DNA from: Escherichia phage Ge15
DNA length: 64,000 nucleotides
Sequence record: PP359696.1
Direction: 5' to 3' (one strand)
Shown here piece after piece: positions 37,625 through 46,714 of this stretch. The notes under the pieces are model-generated. The model was not told where the DNA came from and made no database searches. It saw only the letters and a list, made by a program, of their open reading frames with translations. Each line of letters starts with the position of its first letter. Positions within the stretch are counted from its first letter, which is position 1. A program made the translations under genes and the position numbers.

Positions 37625-40321
37625 ATGAAAGAATTTTATATCTCTATTGAAACAGTCGGAAATAACATTGTTGAACGTTATATTGATGAAAACGGAAAGG
37701 AACGTACCCGTGAAGTAGAATATCTTCCGACTATGTTTAGGCATTGTAAGGAAGAGTCAAAATACAAAGACATCTATGGTAAAAACTGCGCTCCTCAAAA
37801 ATTTCCATCAATGAAAGATGCTCGAGATTGGATGAAGCGAATGGAAGACATCGGTCTCGAAGCTCTCGGTATGAACGATTTTAAACTCGCTTATATCAGT
37901 GATACATACGGTTCAGAAATTGTTTATGACCGAAAATTTGTTCGTGTAGCTAACTGTGACATTGAGGTTACTGGCGATAAATTTCCTGACCCAATGAAAG
38001 CAGAATATGAAATTGATGCTATCACTCATTACGATTCAATTGATGATCGTTTTTATGTTTTCGACCTTTTGAATTCAATGTACGGTTCAGTATCAAAATG
38101 GGATGCAAAGTTAGCTGCTAAGCTTGACTGTGAAGGTGGTGATGAAGTTCCTCAAGAAATTCTTGACCGAGTAATTTATATGCCATTCGATAATGAGCGT
38201 GATATGCTCATGGAATATATCAATCTTTGGGAACAGAAACGACCTGCTATTTTTACCGGTTGGAATATTGAGGGATTTGACGTTCCGTATATCATGAATC
38301 GCGTTAAAATGGTTCTCGGTGAACGTAGTATGAAACGCTTCTCTCCAATCGGTCGAGTAAAATCTAAATTAATTCAAAATATGTACGGTAGCAAAGAAAT
38401 TTATTCTATTGATGGCGTATCTATTCTTGATTATTTAGATTTGTACAAGAAATTCGCTTTTACTAATTTGCCGTCATTCTCTTTGGAATCAGTTGCTCAA
38501 CATGAAACCAAAAAAGGTAAATTACCATACGACGGTCCTATTAATAAACTTCGTGAGACTAATCATCAACGATACATTAGTTATAACATCATTGACGTAG
38601 AATCAGTTCAAGCAATTGATAAAATTCGCGGGTTTATCGATCTAGTTTTAAGTATGTCTTATTACGCTAAAATGCCTTTTTCCGGTGTAATGAGTCCTAT
38701 TAAAACTTGGGATGCTATTATTTTTAACTCATTGAAAGGTGAACATAAGGTTATTCCTCAGCAAGGTTCGCATGTTAAACAGAGTTTTCCGGGTGCATTT
38801 GTGTTTGAACCTAAACCAATTGCTCGTCGATATATTATGAGTTTTGACTTGACGTCTCTGTATCCGAGCATTATTCGTCAGGTTAACATTAGTCCTGAGA
38901 CTATTCGTGGACAGTTTAAAGTTCATCCAATTCATGAATATATCGCAGGAACAGCTCCTAAACCGAGCGATGAATATTCTTGTTCTCCGAATGGATGGAT
39001 GTATGATAAGCATCAAGAAGGTATCATTCCAAAGGAAATCGCTAAAGTATTTTTCCAACGTAAAGATTGGAAAAAGAAAATGTTCGCTGAAGAAATGAAT
39101 GCCGAAGCTATTAAAAAGATTATTATGAAAGGCGCAGGGTCTTGTTCAACTAAACCAGAAGTTGAACGATATGTTAAGTTCAATGATGATTTCTTAAATG
39201 AATTATCGAATTACACTGAATCTGTTCTTAATAGTCTGATCGAAGAATGTGAAAAAGCAGCTACACTTGCTAACACAAATCAGCTAAACCGTAAAATTCT
39301 TATCAACAGTCTTTATGGTGCTCTTGGTAATATTCATTTCCGTTACTATGATTTGCGAAATGCTACTGCTATCACAATTTTCGGCCAAGTTGGTATTCAG
39401 TGGATTGCTCGTAAAATTAATGAATATCTGAATAAAGTATGCGGAACTAATGGCGAAGATTTCATTGCAGCAGGTGATACTGATTCGGTATATGTTTGTG
39501 TAGATAAAGTTATTGAAAAAGTTGGTCTTGACCGATTCAAAGAGCAGAACGATTTAGTTGAATTCATGAATCAATTCGGTAAGAAAAAGATGGAACCTAT
39601 GATTGATGTTGCATATCGTGAGTTATGTGATTATATGAATAACCGCGAGCATCTGATGCATATGGACCGTGAAGCTATTTCTTGCCCTCCACTTGGTTCA
39701 AAGGGCGTTGGCGGATTTTGGAAAGCGAAAAAGCGTTATGCTCTGAACGTATATGATATGGAAGATAAGCGATTTGCTGAACCGCATCTAAAAATCATGG
39801 GTATGGAAACTCAGCAGAGTTCAACGCCTAAAGCGGTCCAAGAAGCTCTCGAAGAAAGTATTCGTCGTATTCTTCAGGAAGGTGAAGAGTCTGTCCAAGA
39901 ATATTACAAGAACTTCGAGAAAGAATATCGTCAACTTGACTATAAAGTTATTGCTGAAGTAAAAACTGCGAACGATATAGCGAAATATGATGATAAAGGT
40001 TGGCCAGGATTTAAATGTCCGTTCCATATTCGTGGTGTGCTAACTTATCGTCGAGCTGTTAGCGGTTTAGGTGTAGCTCCAATTTTGGATGGAAATAAAG
40101 TAATGGTTCTTCCATTGCGTGAAGGAAATCCATTTGGTGACAAATGCATTGCTTGGCCGTCGGGTACAGAACTTCCAAAAGAAATTCGTTCTGACGTACT
40201 GTCTTGGATTGACTACTCAACTTTGTTCCAAAAATCGTTTGTTAAACCGCTTGCAGGCATGTGTGAATCGGCTGGTATGGACTATGAAGAAAAAGCTTCG
40301 TTAGACTTCCTGTTTGGCTGA
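37625..40321 (+). CDS. 43: DNA polymerase gp43 (family B, with 3'-5' exonuclease)
   Basis: 898 aa; exo motifs (DIE, YNIIDV) and pol motifs (DxxSLYPS, YGDTDS) as in T4 gp43. Confidence 0.97.
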   Translation: MKEFYISIETVGNNIVERYIDENGKERTREVEYLPTMFRHCKEESKYKDIYGKNCAPQKFPSMKDARDWMKRMEDIGLEALGMNDFKLAYISDTYGSEIVYDRKFVRVANCDIEVTGDKFPDPMKAEYEIDAITHYDSIDDRFYVFDLLNSMYGSVSKWDAKLAAKLDCEGGDEVPQEILDRVIYMPFDNERDMLMEYINLWEQKRPAIFTGWNIEGFDVPYIMNRVKMVLGERSMKRFSPIGRVKSKLIQNMYGSKEIYSIDGVSILDYLDLYKKFAFTNLPSFSLESVAQHETKKGKLPYDGPINKLRETNHQRYISYNIIDVESVQAIDKIRGFIDLVLSMSYYAKMPFSGVMSPIKTWDAIIFNSLKGEHKVIPQQGSHVKQSFPGAFVFEPKPIARRYIMSFDLTSLYPSIIRQVNISPETIRGQFKVHPIHEYIAGTAPKPSDEYSCSPNGWMYDKHQEGIIPKEIAKVFFQRKDWKKKMFAEEMNAEAIKKIIMKGAGSCSTKPEVERYVKFNDDFLNELSNYTESVLNSLIEECEKAATLANTNQLNRKILINSLYGALGNIHFRYYDLRNATAITIFGQVGIQWIARKINEYLNKVCGTNGEDFIAAGDTDSVYVCVDKVIEKVGLDRFKEQNDLVEFMNQFGKKKMEPMIDVAYRELCDYMNNREHLMHMDREAISCPPLGSKGVGGFWKAKKRYALNVYDMEDKRFAEPHLKIMGMETQQSSTPKAVQEALEESIRRILQEGEESVQEYYKNFEKEYRQLDYKVIAEVKTANDIAKYDDKGWPGFKCPFHIRGVLTYRRAVSGLGVAPILDGNKVMVLPLREGNPFGDKCIAWPSGTELPKEIRSDVLSWIDYSTLFQKSFVKPLAGMCESAGMDYEEKASLDFLFG

Positions 40322-40333
40322 TAGAATAAATCT

Positions 40334-40356
40334 AGGGACCTCCGGGTCCCTTTTTC
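40334..40356 (+). terminator. Intrinsic terminator after gene 43
   Basis: GGGACC-TCCG-GGTCCC + TTTTT. Confidence 0.8.
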
Positions 40357-40435
40357 ATACAAGTAATATAAATCTATACTTATGAAAAACAGATGATTCT
40401 GGACCTTTAGAATTCCCTAAAAAATTTTCACAAAA

Positions 40436-40475
40436 CTGTTTACAAGACTGTTCTTCCATGGTACTATACAACTAT
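40436..40475 (+). promoter_or_regulatory. T4-type early promoter
   Basis: CTGTTTAC ... CATGGTACTATACAACTATC. Confidence 0.7.
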
Positions 40476-40501
40476 CAACTAATACGGATTTGGAGAATAA
40501 A

Positions 40502-40738
40502 ATGAAAATTGTTATGGGATGCTTAGCAGTTTGTTTAGTTGCATTAGCAGCAGTTCCATTTGTTAGTGTTGAAAATGATACTCAACCTGTGATTGAATCT
40601 AGCACCGTTATTCACACTAATGGTAAAATATCAGTTAAAATTGATGATAATCTTCATGTGAATACAAATGGATCTTTAGGTGTGCAAATGGGTAATACCT
40701 GCATAAGCACTACTGGAGTAATTACTACTTGCATTTGA
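40502..40738 (+). CDS. Hypothetical secreted/membrane-anchored small protein
   Basis: 78 aa from ATG 40502; N-terminal hydrophobic signal MKIVMGCLAVCLVALAAVPF; Thr/Gly-rich. Confidence 0.45.
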   Translation: MKIVMGCLAVCLVALAAVPFVSVENDTQPVIESSTVIHTNGKISVKIDDNLHVNTNGSLGVQMGNTCISTTGVITTCI

Positions 40739-40748
40739 GGAAATTATT

Positions 40749-41129
40749 ATGAAAATCGCTATTTTGGTTATTGCATTAGGTCTTACTGGTTGTGTAGCTC
40801 AAGGACCGGTAGTAAATCAGTCTGATGTAGGAAAAATTGTAAACTGTTCAAGCAAATTTTATAATCCTAATGTCAAGTGTTATAAAGAAGCTCCAAAACA
40901 GACAGTAGAACAGATGCAGGCGAATTTTGACGAAGCTATTCGCCCAGATGAATCTGCTCAAGCATATCGTAATTCAGATGTAATTACACGCGAAGAAAAA
41001 ATTGAAAACTACTGCGCTGAGCTTTGGGCCAATTGGGCTAATAATTACCAATGGCGTACAGGTAAAAATGCTCCGATGGAGTATGTAGTGAATTCTTATA
41101 ATTCATGTGTAAAAAATTTGACTAAGTGA
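40749..41129 (+). CDS. Putative lipoprotein
   Basis: Signal peptide with lipobox LTGC (MKIAILVIALGLTGC); 126 aa. Confidence 0.5.
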   Translation: MKIAILVIALGLTGCVAQGPVVNQSDVGKIVNCSSKFYNPNVKCYKEAPKQTVEQMQANFDEAIRPDESAQAYRNSDVITREEKIENYCAELWANWANNYQWRTGKNAPMEYVVNSYNSCVKNLTK

Positions 41130-41136
41130 GGAAAAC

Positions 41137-41388
41137 ATGGAAACTTTAGTAGCAGGTTCAATTTTTATGGTTTTAGTTTCAGGCGTGTTGGCTATTATTA
41201 TATACATGCTTCCGTGGTTCATCGCCTTGATGCGTGGGTCAAAATCGACAGTAGGAATCTTTTTCACATCTTTACTGTTTAACTGGTCAATCATTGGTTG
41301 GTTTATTACTTTTATTTGGTCAATTGCGGGTGAAACTAAAAAATCTGTACAGCAAAATCAAGTAATTATCATCAGAGAGAAGGAATGA
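41137..41388 (+). CDS. imm: Membrane protein, probable Imm (immunity to superinfection)
   Basis: 83 aa, two TM helices, located between 43 and 42 as T4 imm; size matches. Confidence 0.55.
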   Translation: METLVAGSIFMVLVSGVLAIIIYMLPWFIALMRGSKSTVGIFFTSLLFNWSIIGWFITFIWSIAGETKKSVQQNQVIIIREKE

Positions 41389-41534
41389 AAAGCAAAATTT
41401 TAGCAGTATTGCTTTTAATCTTGATGATTATAATAAGTATATACTATAGCGTAACAGTTCCTCTTATGATTCCGCCACTTATTATAGGTTGGAGTTTATT
41501 ACTGTTACAAATTAAATATGAATGCATCAATTGA
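41385..41534 (+). CDS. Hypothetical small hydrophobic protein
   Basis: 49-aa ORF not in track, ATGA overlap with upstream stop, two hydrophobic stretches. Confidence 0.3.
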   Translation: MKSKILAVLLLILMIIISIYYSVTVPLMIPPLIIGWSLLLLQIKYECIN

Positions 41535-41541
41535 GGTTTAA

Positions 41542-42282
41542 ATGATTAACGATTATATGACAGTTGAAGAAATCCGTCTTCATTTGGGGCTTGCATTAAA
41601 GGAAAAAGATTTCGTAGTTGATAAAACTGGCGTTAAAACTATTGAAATTATTGGCGCATCATTTGTAGCAGATGAACCATTTATTTTTGGCGCTCTTAAT
41701 GATGAATACATTCAGCGTGAACTTGAATGGTATAAATCTAAAAGTTTGTTTGTTAAAGATATTCCAGGTGAAACACCGAAGATTTGGCAACAGGTAGCAT
41801 CTTCTAAAGGCGAAATTAACTCGAATTATGGTTGGGCCATCTGGTCAGAAGATAACTATGCCCAGTATGATATGTGTTTAGCTGAACTTGGTCAAAATCC
41901 TGATTCTCGACGCGGTATCATGATTTATACTCGTCCATCCATGCAGTTTGACTACAATAAAGATGGTATGTCAGATTTCATGTGTACGAATACAGTACAG
42001 TACCTGATTCGTGATAAGAAAGTCAATGCAGTAGTGAGCATGCGTTCAAATGACGTTGTCTTCGGATTCCGTAATGATTATGCATGGCAAAAATACGTAC
42101 TAGATAAATTAGTATCTGATTTGAATGCAGGTGATTCAACTCGTCAGTATAAAGCAGGTTCTATTATATGGAATGTTGGAAGTCTTCATGTATATTCTCG
42201 TCATTTTTACTTGGTTGATCATTGGTGGAATACTGGCGAAACTCATATTGTGAAAAAAGATTATAATGGTGAGTGGAAATGA
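41542..42282 (+). CDS. 42: dCMP hydroxymethylase gp42
   Basis: 246 aa; thymidylate-synthase-like fold; near-identical to T4 gp42 as recalled (TVEEIRLHLGLALKEKDFVVDKTGVKTIEIIGASF...). Confidence 0.95.
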   Translation: MINDYMTVEEIRLHLGLALKEKDFVVDKTGVKTIEIIGASFVADEPFIFGALNDEYIQRELEWYKSKSLFVKDIPGETPKIWQQVASSKGEINSNYGWAIWSEDNYAQYDMCLAELGQNPDSRRGIMIYTRPSMQFDYNKDGMSDFMCTNTVQYLIRDKKVNAVVSMRSNDVVFGFRNDYAWQKYVLDKLVSDLNAGDSTRQYKAGSIIWNVGSLHVYSRHFYLVDHWWNTGETHIVKKDYNGEWK

Positions 42283-43121
42283 TTCAATTCGTAATTCCAA
42301 GCTATCAACGCGTAGGGGCAGTTTCTGCCCTTGATATGTTTCCGACTGATTATGAACCTCATATTGTAGTACGTGAACACGAAGAAAAAGCTTATTATGA
42401 CGCTTACGGGTCTAAAGCCAAAATTATAACTATTCCTGATGATGTTAATGGAATTGCTGGTACTCGTAAAGCAATTACTGATATGTATGCAGGTCAACGA
42501 ATCTGGATGATTGATGATGATACTACTATTCGTATGAGTTCAATGCGAAAGAAAGATGATCGTCGCTGTGTAGATAAAATTAATCAATTAACTCGTGAAC
42601 AGTTCTATGAATTGATTCAATACGTTGAAGATGCCATGGATTGTGGGTATTATCATGGTCATGCTCGTTTACCAATTTTTAAAATTACTTCATCTTGGGG
42701 TAATTATCGTGAAAATTCATATGGATTCACGAATACTTGGTATGACCTTGGAAAACTTACGACAGAACAAATTGGGTATGGAAAAATTGATTTATGCGAA
42801 GATATGTATGCATTTCTCAATTTAATTAATCAAGGTTATCCGCATTTGGCCTTGTTCAAATATCTAGTTGTATCTGGAAAAGCACAAGCTCCTGGCGGGT
42901 GTAGTTCAATTCGTAGTAATTCTAAACATAATAGAGCGCTTGAGCAAATCAATAGAGAGTTTCCAGAGCAAGCTCGTTGGAAAACATCGAATATTGAAAA
43001 ACGAAAATCGTTGGGTGAAGAAGATGAACCACTAAAGGTTCTTCGCATGTGTGTTTCGCGTAAAGAAAAATCAGAAGCATTTCATAAGTTTAATGCTATT
43101 CATCCAATAGCAGTTGATTAA
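42273..43121 (+). CDS. Putative glycosyltransferase occupying the beta-gt locus (not T4 beta-gt)
   Basis: 282 aa between 42 and uvsX; contains acidic WMIDDDTTIR (DxD-like) motif; does not resemble T4 beta-gt sequence as recalled. Confidence 0.4.
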   Translation: MEMIQFVIPSYQRVGAVSALDMFPTDYEPHIVVREHEEKAYYDAYGSKAKIITIPDDVNGIAGTRKAITDMYAGQRIWMIDDDTTIRMSSMRKKDDRRCVDKINQLTREQFYELIQYVEDAMDCGYYHGHARLPIFKITSSWGNYRENSYGFTNTWYDLGKLTTEQIGYGKIDLCEDMYAFLNLINQGYPHLALFKYLVVSGKAQAPGGCSSIRSNSKHNRALEQINREFPEQARWKTSNIEKRKSLGEEDEPLKVLRMCVSRKEKSEAFHKFNAIHPIAVD

Positions 43122-43198
43122 TGCCTAAATTTATTGTGTTATAATTACTCTATCTTTAACCAGTGAGGAAAATATAATGATGCCTATGGAAAAAATGA

Positions 43199-44380
43199 AT
43201 GTCTATTGCAGATTTAAAATCCCGTTTGATTAAAGCTTCCACTTCTAAAATGACTGCTGAACTGACTACATCTAAATTCTTTAATGAAAAGGATGTAATC
43301 CGTACAAAAATCCCAATGCTTAATATCGCTATTTCTGGTGCGATTGATGGTGGTATGCAGTCTGGTTTAACCATTTTTGCAGGTCCTTCTAAACACTTTA
43401 AATCAAATATGTCTTTGACTATGGTTGCGGCGTATTTGAACAAATATCCTGACGCGGTTTGTCTATTCTATGATAGCGAATTTGGTATTACTCCAGCTTA
43501 TTTGCGATCCATGGGAGTTGACCCGGAACGAGTAATTCATACACCAATCCAGTCAGTTGAACAACTGAAAATTGATATGGTGAATCAGCTTGAAGCTATT
43601 GAGCGCGGTGAAAAAGTTATTGTATTCATCGACTCAATTGGTAATATGGCTTCTAAGAAAGAAACGGAAGATGCCTTGAATGAAAAATCTGTGGCAGATA
43701 TGACTCGTGCTAAATCACTGAAGTCATTATTCCGTATTGTTACTCCTTATTTTAGCATTAAAAATATTCCATGCGTTGCGGTTAACCATACAATTGAAAC
43801 AATTGAAATGTTTAGTAAAACCGTGATGACAGGTGGTACAGGCGTAATGTATTCGGCTGATACTGTATTCATTATCGGTAAACGCCAGATTAAAGATGGT
43901 TCTGATCTTCAGGGGTATCAATTTGTTCTAAATGTAGAAAAATCTCGTACCGTTAAAGAAAAAAGTAAATTCTTTATTGATGTTAAATTTGACGGCGGTA
44001 TCGATCCTTATTCTGGATTGTTAGATATGGCTCTTGAATTAGGATTTGTAGTAAAACCTAAAAATGGCTGGTATGCTCGTGAATTTCTTGATGAAGAAAC
44101 CGGCGAGATGATTCGCGAAGAAAAATCTTGGCGTGCAAAAGATACCAACTGTACTACATTCTGGGGTCCTTTATTTAAGCATCAACCATTCCGAGATGCT
44201 ATTAAACGTGCTTATCAGTTAGGTGCTATTGATAGTAATGAAATTGTTGAAGCTGAAGTTGATGAATTGATTAACTCAAAGGTTGAAAAATTTAAATATC
44301 CAGAAAGTAAAAGTAAATCAGCAGCTGATTTAGAAACTGACCTAGATCAGTTAAGTGATATGGAAGAATTTAATGAATAA
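43199..44380 (+). CDS. uvsX: UvsX recombinase (RecA/Rad51 family)
   Basis: 393 aa; Walker A GPSKHFKS; highly similar to T4 UvsX as recalled. Confidence 0.95.
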   Translation: MSIADLKSRLIKASTSKMTAELTTSKFFNEKDVIRTKIPMLNIAISGAIDGGMQSGLTIFAGPSKHFKSNMSLTMVAAYLNKYPDAVCLFYDSEFGITPAYLRSMGVDPERVIHTPIQSVEQLKIDMVNQLEAIERGEKVIVFIDSIGNMASKKETEDALNEKSVADMTRAKSLKSLFRIVTPYFSIKNIPCVAVNHTIETIEMFSKTVMTGGTGVMYSADTVFIIGKRQIKDGSDLQGYQFVLNVEKSRTVKEKSKFFIDVKFDGGIDPYSGLLDMALELGFVVKPKNGWYAREFLDEETGEMIREEKSWRAKDTNCTTFWGPLFKHQPFRDAIKRAYQLGAIDSNEIVEAEVDELINSKVEKFKYPESKSKSAADLETDLDQLSDMEEFNE

Positions 44381-44717
44381 AGATGATTTGGATTTAGATC
44401 TAGAAATTATCGACGAATCCCCCTCTTCGGAGGGGGAAGAAGAAAGAAAAGAACGTCTTTTTAATGAATCTCTTAAGATAATTAAATCTGCCATGGAAAA
44501 TGTTATCCAGGAGATTGTCATTAAACTAGAAGACGGTTCTACACACATTGTGTATGTGACAAAATTAGATTGGGTTGATGGAAAAGTCGTAATGGACTTT
44601 GCTGTTCTTGACCAAGAAAGAAAAGCTGAGTTAGCTCCTCATGTAGAAAAATGTATTACAATGCAACTACAAGATGCATTTAATAAAAGGTCAAAGAAAA
44701 AATTTAAATTCTTTTAA
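44373..44717 (+). CDS. 40: gp40 head vertex assembly chaperone (putative)
   Basis: 114 aa from ATG 44373 overlapping uvsX stop; position uvsX-40-41 as in T4. Confidence 0.6.
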   Translation: MNKDDLDLDLEIIDESPSSEGEEERKERLFNESLKIIKSAMENVIQEIVIKLEDGSTHIVYVTKLDWVDGKVVMDFAVLDQERKAELAPHVEKCITMQLQDAFNKRSKKKFKFF

Positions 44718-44726
44718 GGAGTAAGT

Positions 44727-46154
44727 GTGGTAGAAATTATTCTTTCTCATCTCATATTTGATCAAGCTTATTTTTCAAAAGTTTGGCCATATATGGATTC
44801 AGAATATTTTGAAAGTGGTCCAGCTAAAAATACATTCAAATTAATTAAATCTCATGTTAATGAGTACCATAGCGTTCCATCTATTAATGCGTTAAATGTT
44901 GCATTAGAAAATAGTTCATTTACTGAAACAGAATATTCTGGTGTAAAAACACTTATTTCAAAACTAGCCGATTCTCCGGAAGACCATAGTTGGTTAATAA
45001 AAGAAACAGAAAAATATGTTCAGCAAAGGGCGATGTTTAACGCCACATCTAAAATAATTGAAATTCAAACTAATGCTGAGCTTCCTCCGGAAAAACGAAA
45101 TAAGAAAATGCCGGATGTTGGTGCTATTCCTGACATCATGCGCCAAGCATTATCAATTTCATTTGATAGTTACGTTGGTCATGATTGGATGGATGACTAC
45201 GAAGCACGTTGGCTATCTTATATGAATAAAGCTCGTAAGGTTCCATTTAGACTCAAAATTCTAAATAAAATTACTAAAGGCGGAGCTGAAACTGGAACAC
45301 TGAACGTTTTAATGGCTGGTGTTAACGTTGGTAAGTCATTAGGATTGTGTTCATTGGCAGCAGATTATTTGCAGCTTGGTCATAACGTTCTTTATATCTC
45401 CATGGAAATGGCAGAAGAAGTCTGCGCTAAACGTATTGATGCTAATATGCTCGATGTTTCTCTTGACGATATTGATGATGGACATATTTCTTACGCCGAG
45501 TATAAAGGAAAAATGGAAAAATGGCGTGAGAAATCTACTCTCGGTCGTTTAATCGTTAAACAGTATCCTACTAGTGGAGCAGACGCTAATACATTCAGGT
45601 CTCTCTTGAATGAATTGAAGCTCAAAAAGAATTTTGTTCCAACAATCATTATTGTTGACTATCTAGGTATTTGTAAATCTTGCCGCATCAGAGTTTATTC
45701 AGAAAATAGTTACACAACTGTTAAAGCTATTGCAGAGGAATTGCGTGCTCTGGCTGTTGAAACCGAAACCGTTCTTTGGACTGCAGCACAGGTTGGTAAG
45801 CAAGCTTGGGACTCTTCTGATGTTAACATGAGCGATATTGCAGAATCTGCCGGGCTTCCAGCAACAGCCGATTTTATGCTTGCGGTCATTGAAACCGAGG
45901 AGCTAGCAGCTGCTGAACAACAACTAATTAAGCAAATCAAATCACGATATGGTGATAAGAATAAATGGAATAAGTTTTTGATGGGTGTTCAAAAAGGAAA
46001 TCAGAAATGGGTAGAAATTGAACAAGATTCTACTCCAACTGAAGTGAGTGAAGTAGCAGGTTCACAGCAGATTCAGGCTGAACAGAATCGCTATCAAAGA
46101 AACGAATCTGCTCGAGCCCAGTTAGATGCTTTGGCAAATGAATTAAAATTTTAG
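44727..46154 (+). CDS. 41: Replicative DNA helicase gp41 (DnaB family)
   Basis: 475 aa, GTG start after AAGGAG, Walker A GVNVGKS, DnaB-like motifs. Confidence 0.95.
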   Translation: MVEIILSHLIFDQAYFSKVWPYMDSEYFESGPAKNTFKLIKSHVNEYHSVPSINALNVALENSSFTETEYSGVKTLISKLADSPEDHSWLIKETEKYVQQRAMFNATSKIIEIQTNAELPPEKRNKKMPDVGAIPDIMRQALSISFDSYVGHDWMDDYEARWLSYMNKARKVPFRLKILNKITKGGAETGTLNVLMAGVNVGKSLGLCSLAADYLQLGHNVLYISMEMAEEVCAKRIDANMLDVSLDDIDDGHISYAEYKGKMEKWREKSTLGRLIVKQYPTSGADANTFRSLLNELKLKKNFVPTIIIVDYLGICKSCRIRVYSENSYTTVKAIAEELRALAVETETVLWTAAQVGKQAWDSSDVNMSDIAESAGLPATADFMLAVIETEELAAAEQQLIKQIKSRYGDKNKWNKFLMGVQKGNQKWVEIEQDSTPTEVSEVAGSQQIQAEQNRYQRNESARAQLDALANELKF

Positions 46155-46188
46155 TTTACAAGCCGACAAGACTATGGTATAGTAGTCT
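46152..46188 (+). promoter_or_regulatory. T4-type early promoter upstream of dmd-like ORF
   Basis: TAGTTTAC ... TATGGTATAGTAG; inverted repeat ACAAGACT/AGTCTTGT flanks the -10. Confidence 0.65.
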
Positions 46189-46212
46189 TGTTGGTTAAAT
46201 GAGGAGATTGTT

Positions 46213-46395
46213 ATGGAATTGGTAAAGGTAGTTTTTATGGGGTGGTTTAAGAATGAAAGCATGTTTACTAAAGAAATCACAATGATGAAAGATGACGTTC
46301 AATGGGCTACTACTCAATATGCTGAAGTTAATAAAGCATTAGTTAAAGCTTTCATTGATGACAAGAAAGTGTGCGAAGTGGATTGCCGAGGATAA
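46213..46395 (+). CDS. dmd: Dmd-like antitoxin (discriminator of mRNA degradation), putative
   Basis: 60-aa ORF immediately downstream of gene 41 behind an early promoter, matching T4 dmd (61.5) size and position. Confidence 0.55.
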   Translation: MELVKVVFMGWFKNESMFTKEITMMKDDVQWATTQYAEVNKALVKAFIDDKKVCEVDCRG

Positions 46396-46396
46396 T

Positions 46397-46654
46397 ATGC
46401 ATATTGTTTTATTTAAACCTACTCCGTATAACGTCAGGAAAAATACTCAATTCAAAGCACTTATTGCAGATACGTGGGAATTGGTGTTAGATATTCCAGC
46501 AGAAGAAAGTCCTCCATTTGGTCGAGTGGAATTTATTAAGTTTGCTGTACGTCCTACGAAGAGGCAGATTCGTCAGTATAAAAGGTATTTTCGTAAAATC
46601 GTTAAGCTAGAGAAACATTTTGTAACATGTGATTACGCAGAAGTTTTAAAATAA
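46397..46654 (+). CDS. Hypothetical protein (61.4 position)
   Basis: 85 aa from ATG 46397 after GAGGA RBS. Confidence 0.45.
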   Translation: MHIVLFKPTPYNVRKNTQFKALIADTWELVLDIPAEESPPFGRVEFIKFAVRPTKRQIRQYKRYFRKIVKLEKHFVTCDYAEVLK

Positions 46655-46692
46655 CTGTTTACTTTTGTTGGAAATTGAGATACTATATAAAC
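46655..46692 (+). promoter_or_regulatory. T4-type early promoter upstream of sp-like ORF
   Basis: CTGTTTAC ... GATACTATATAA. Confidence 0.6.
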
Positions 46693-46714
46693 ATAAACTA
46701 CTGAGGAGATTATC

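Noticed and set aside
41404-41444. MotA-box middle promoter upstream of gene 42 (ATTGCTTTT … TATAAT)
   Set aside because: Spacing between the Mot-box-like sequence and the TATAAT is about 21 nt, far from the 11-13 nt expected.
42273-43121. Calling this ORF T4 beta-glucosyltransferase by synteny
   Set aside because: Length (282 vs about 351 aa) and sequence do not match T4 beta-gt as I recall it; reported only as a putative transferase of unknown specificity.
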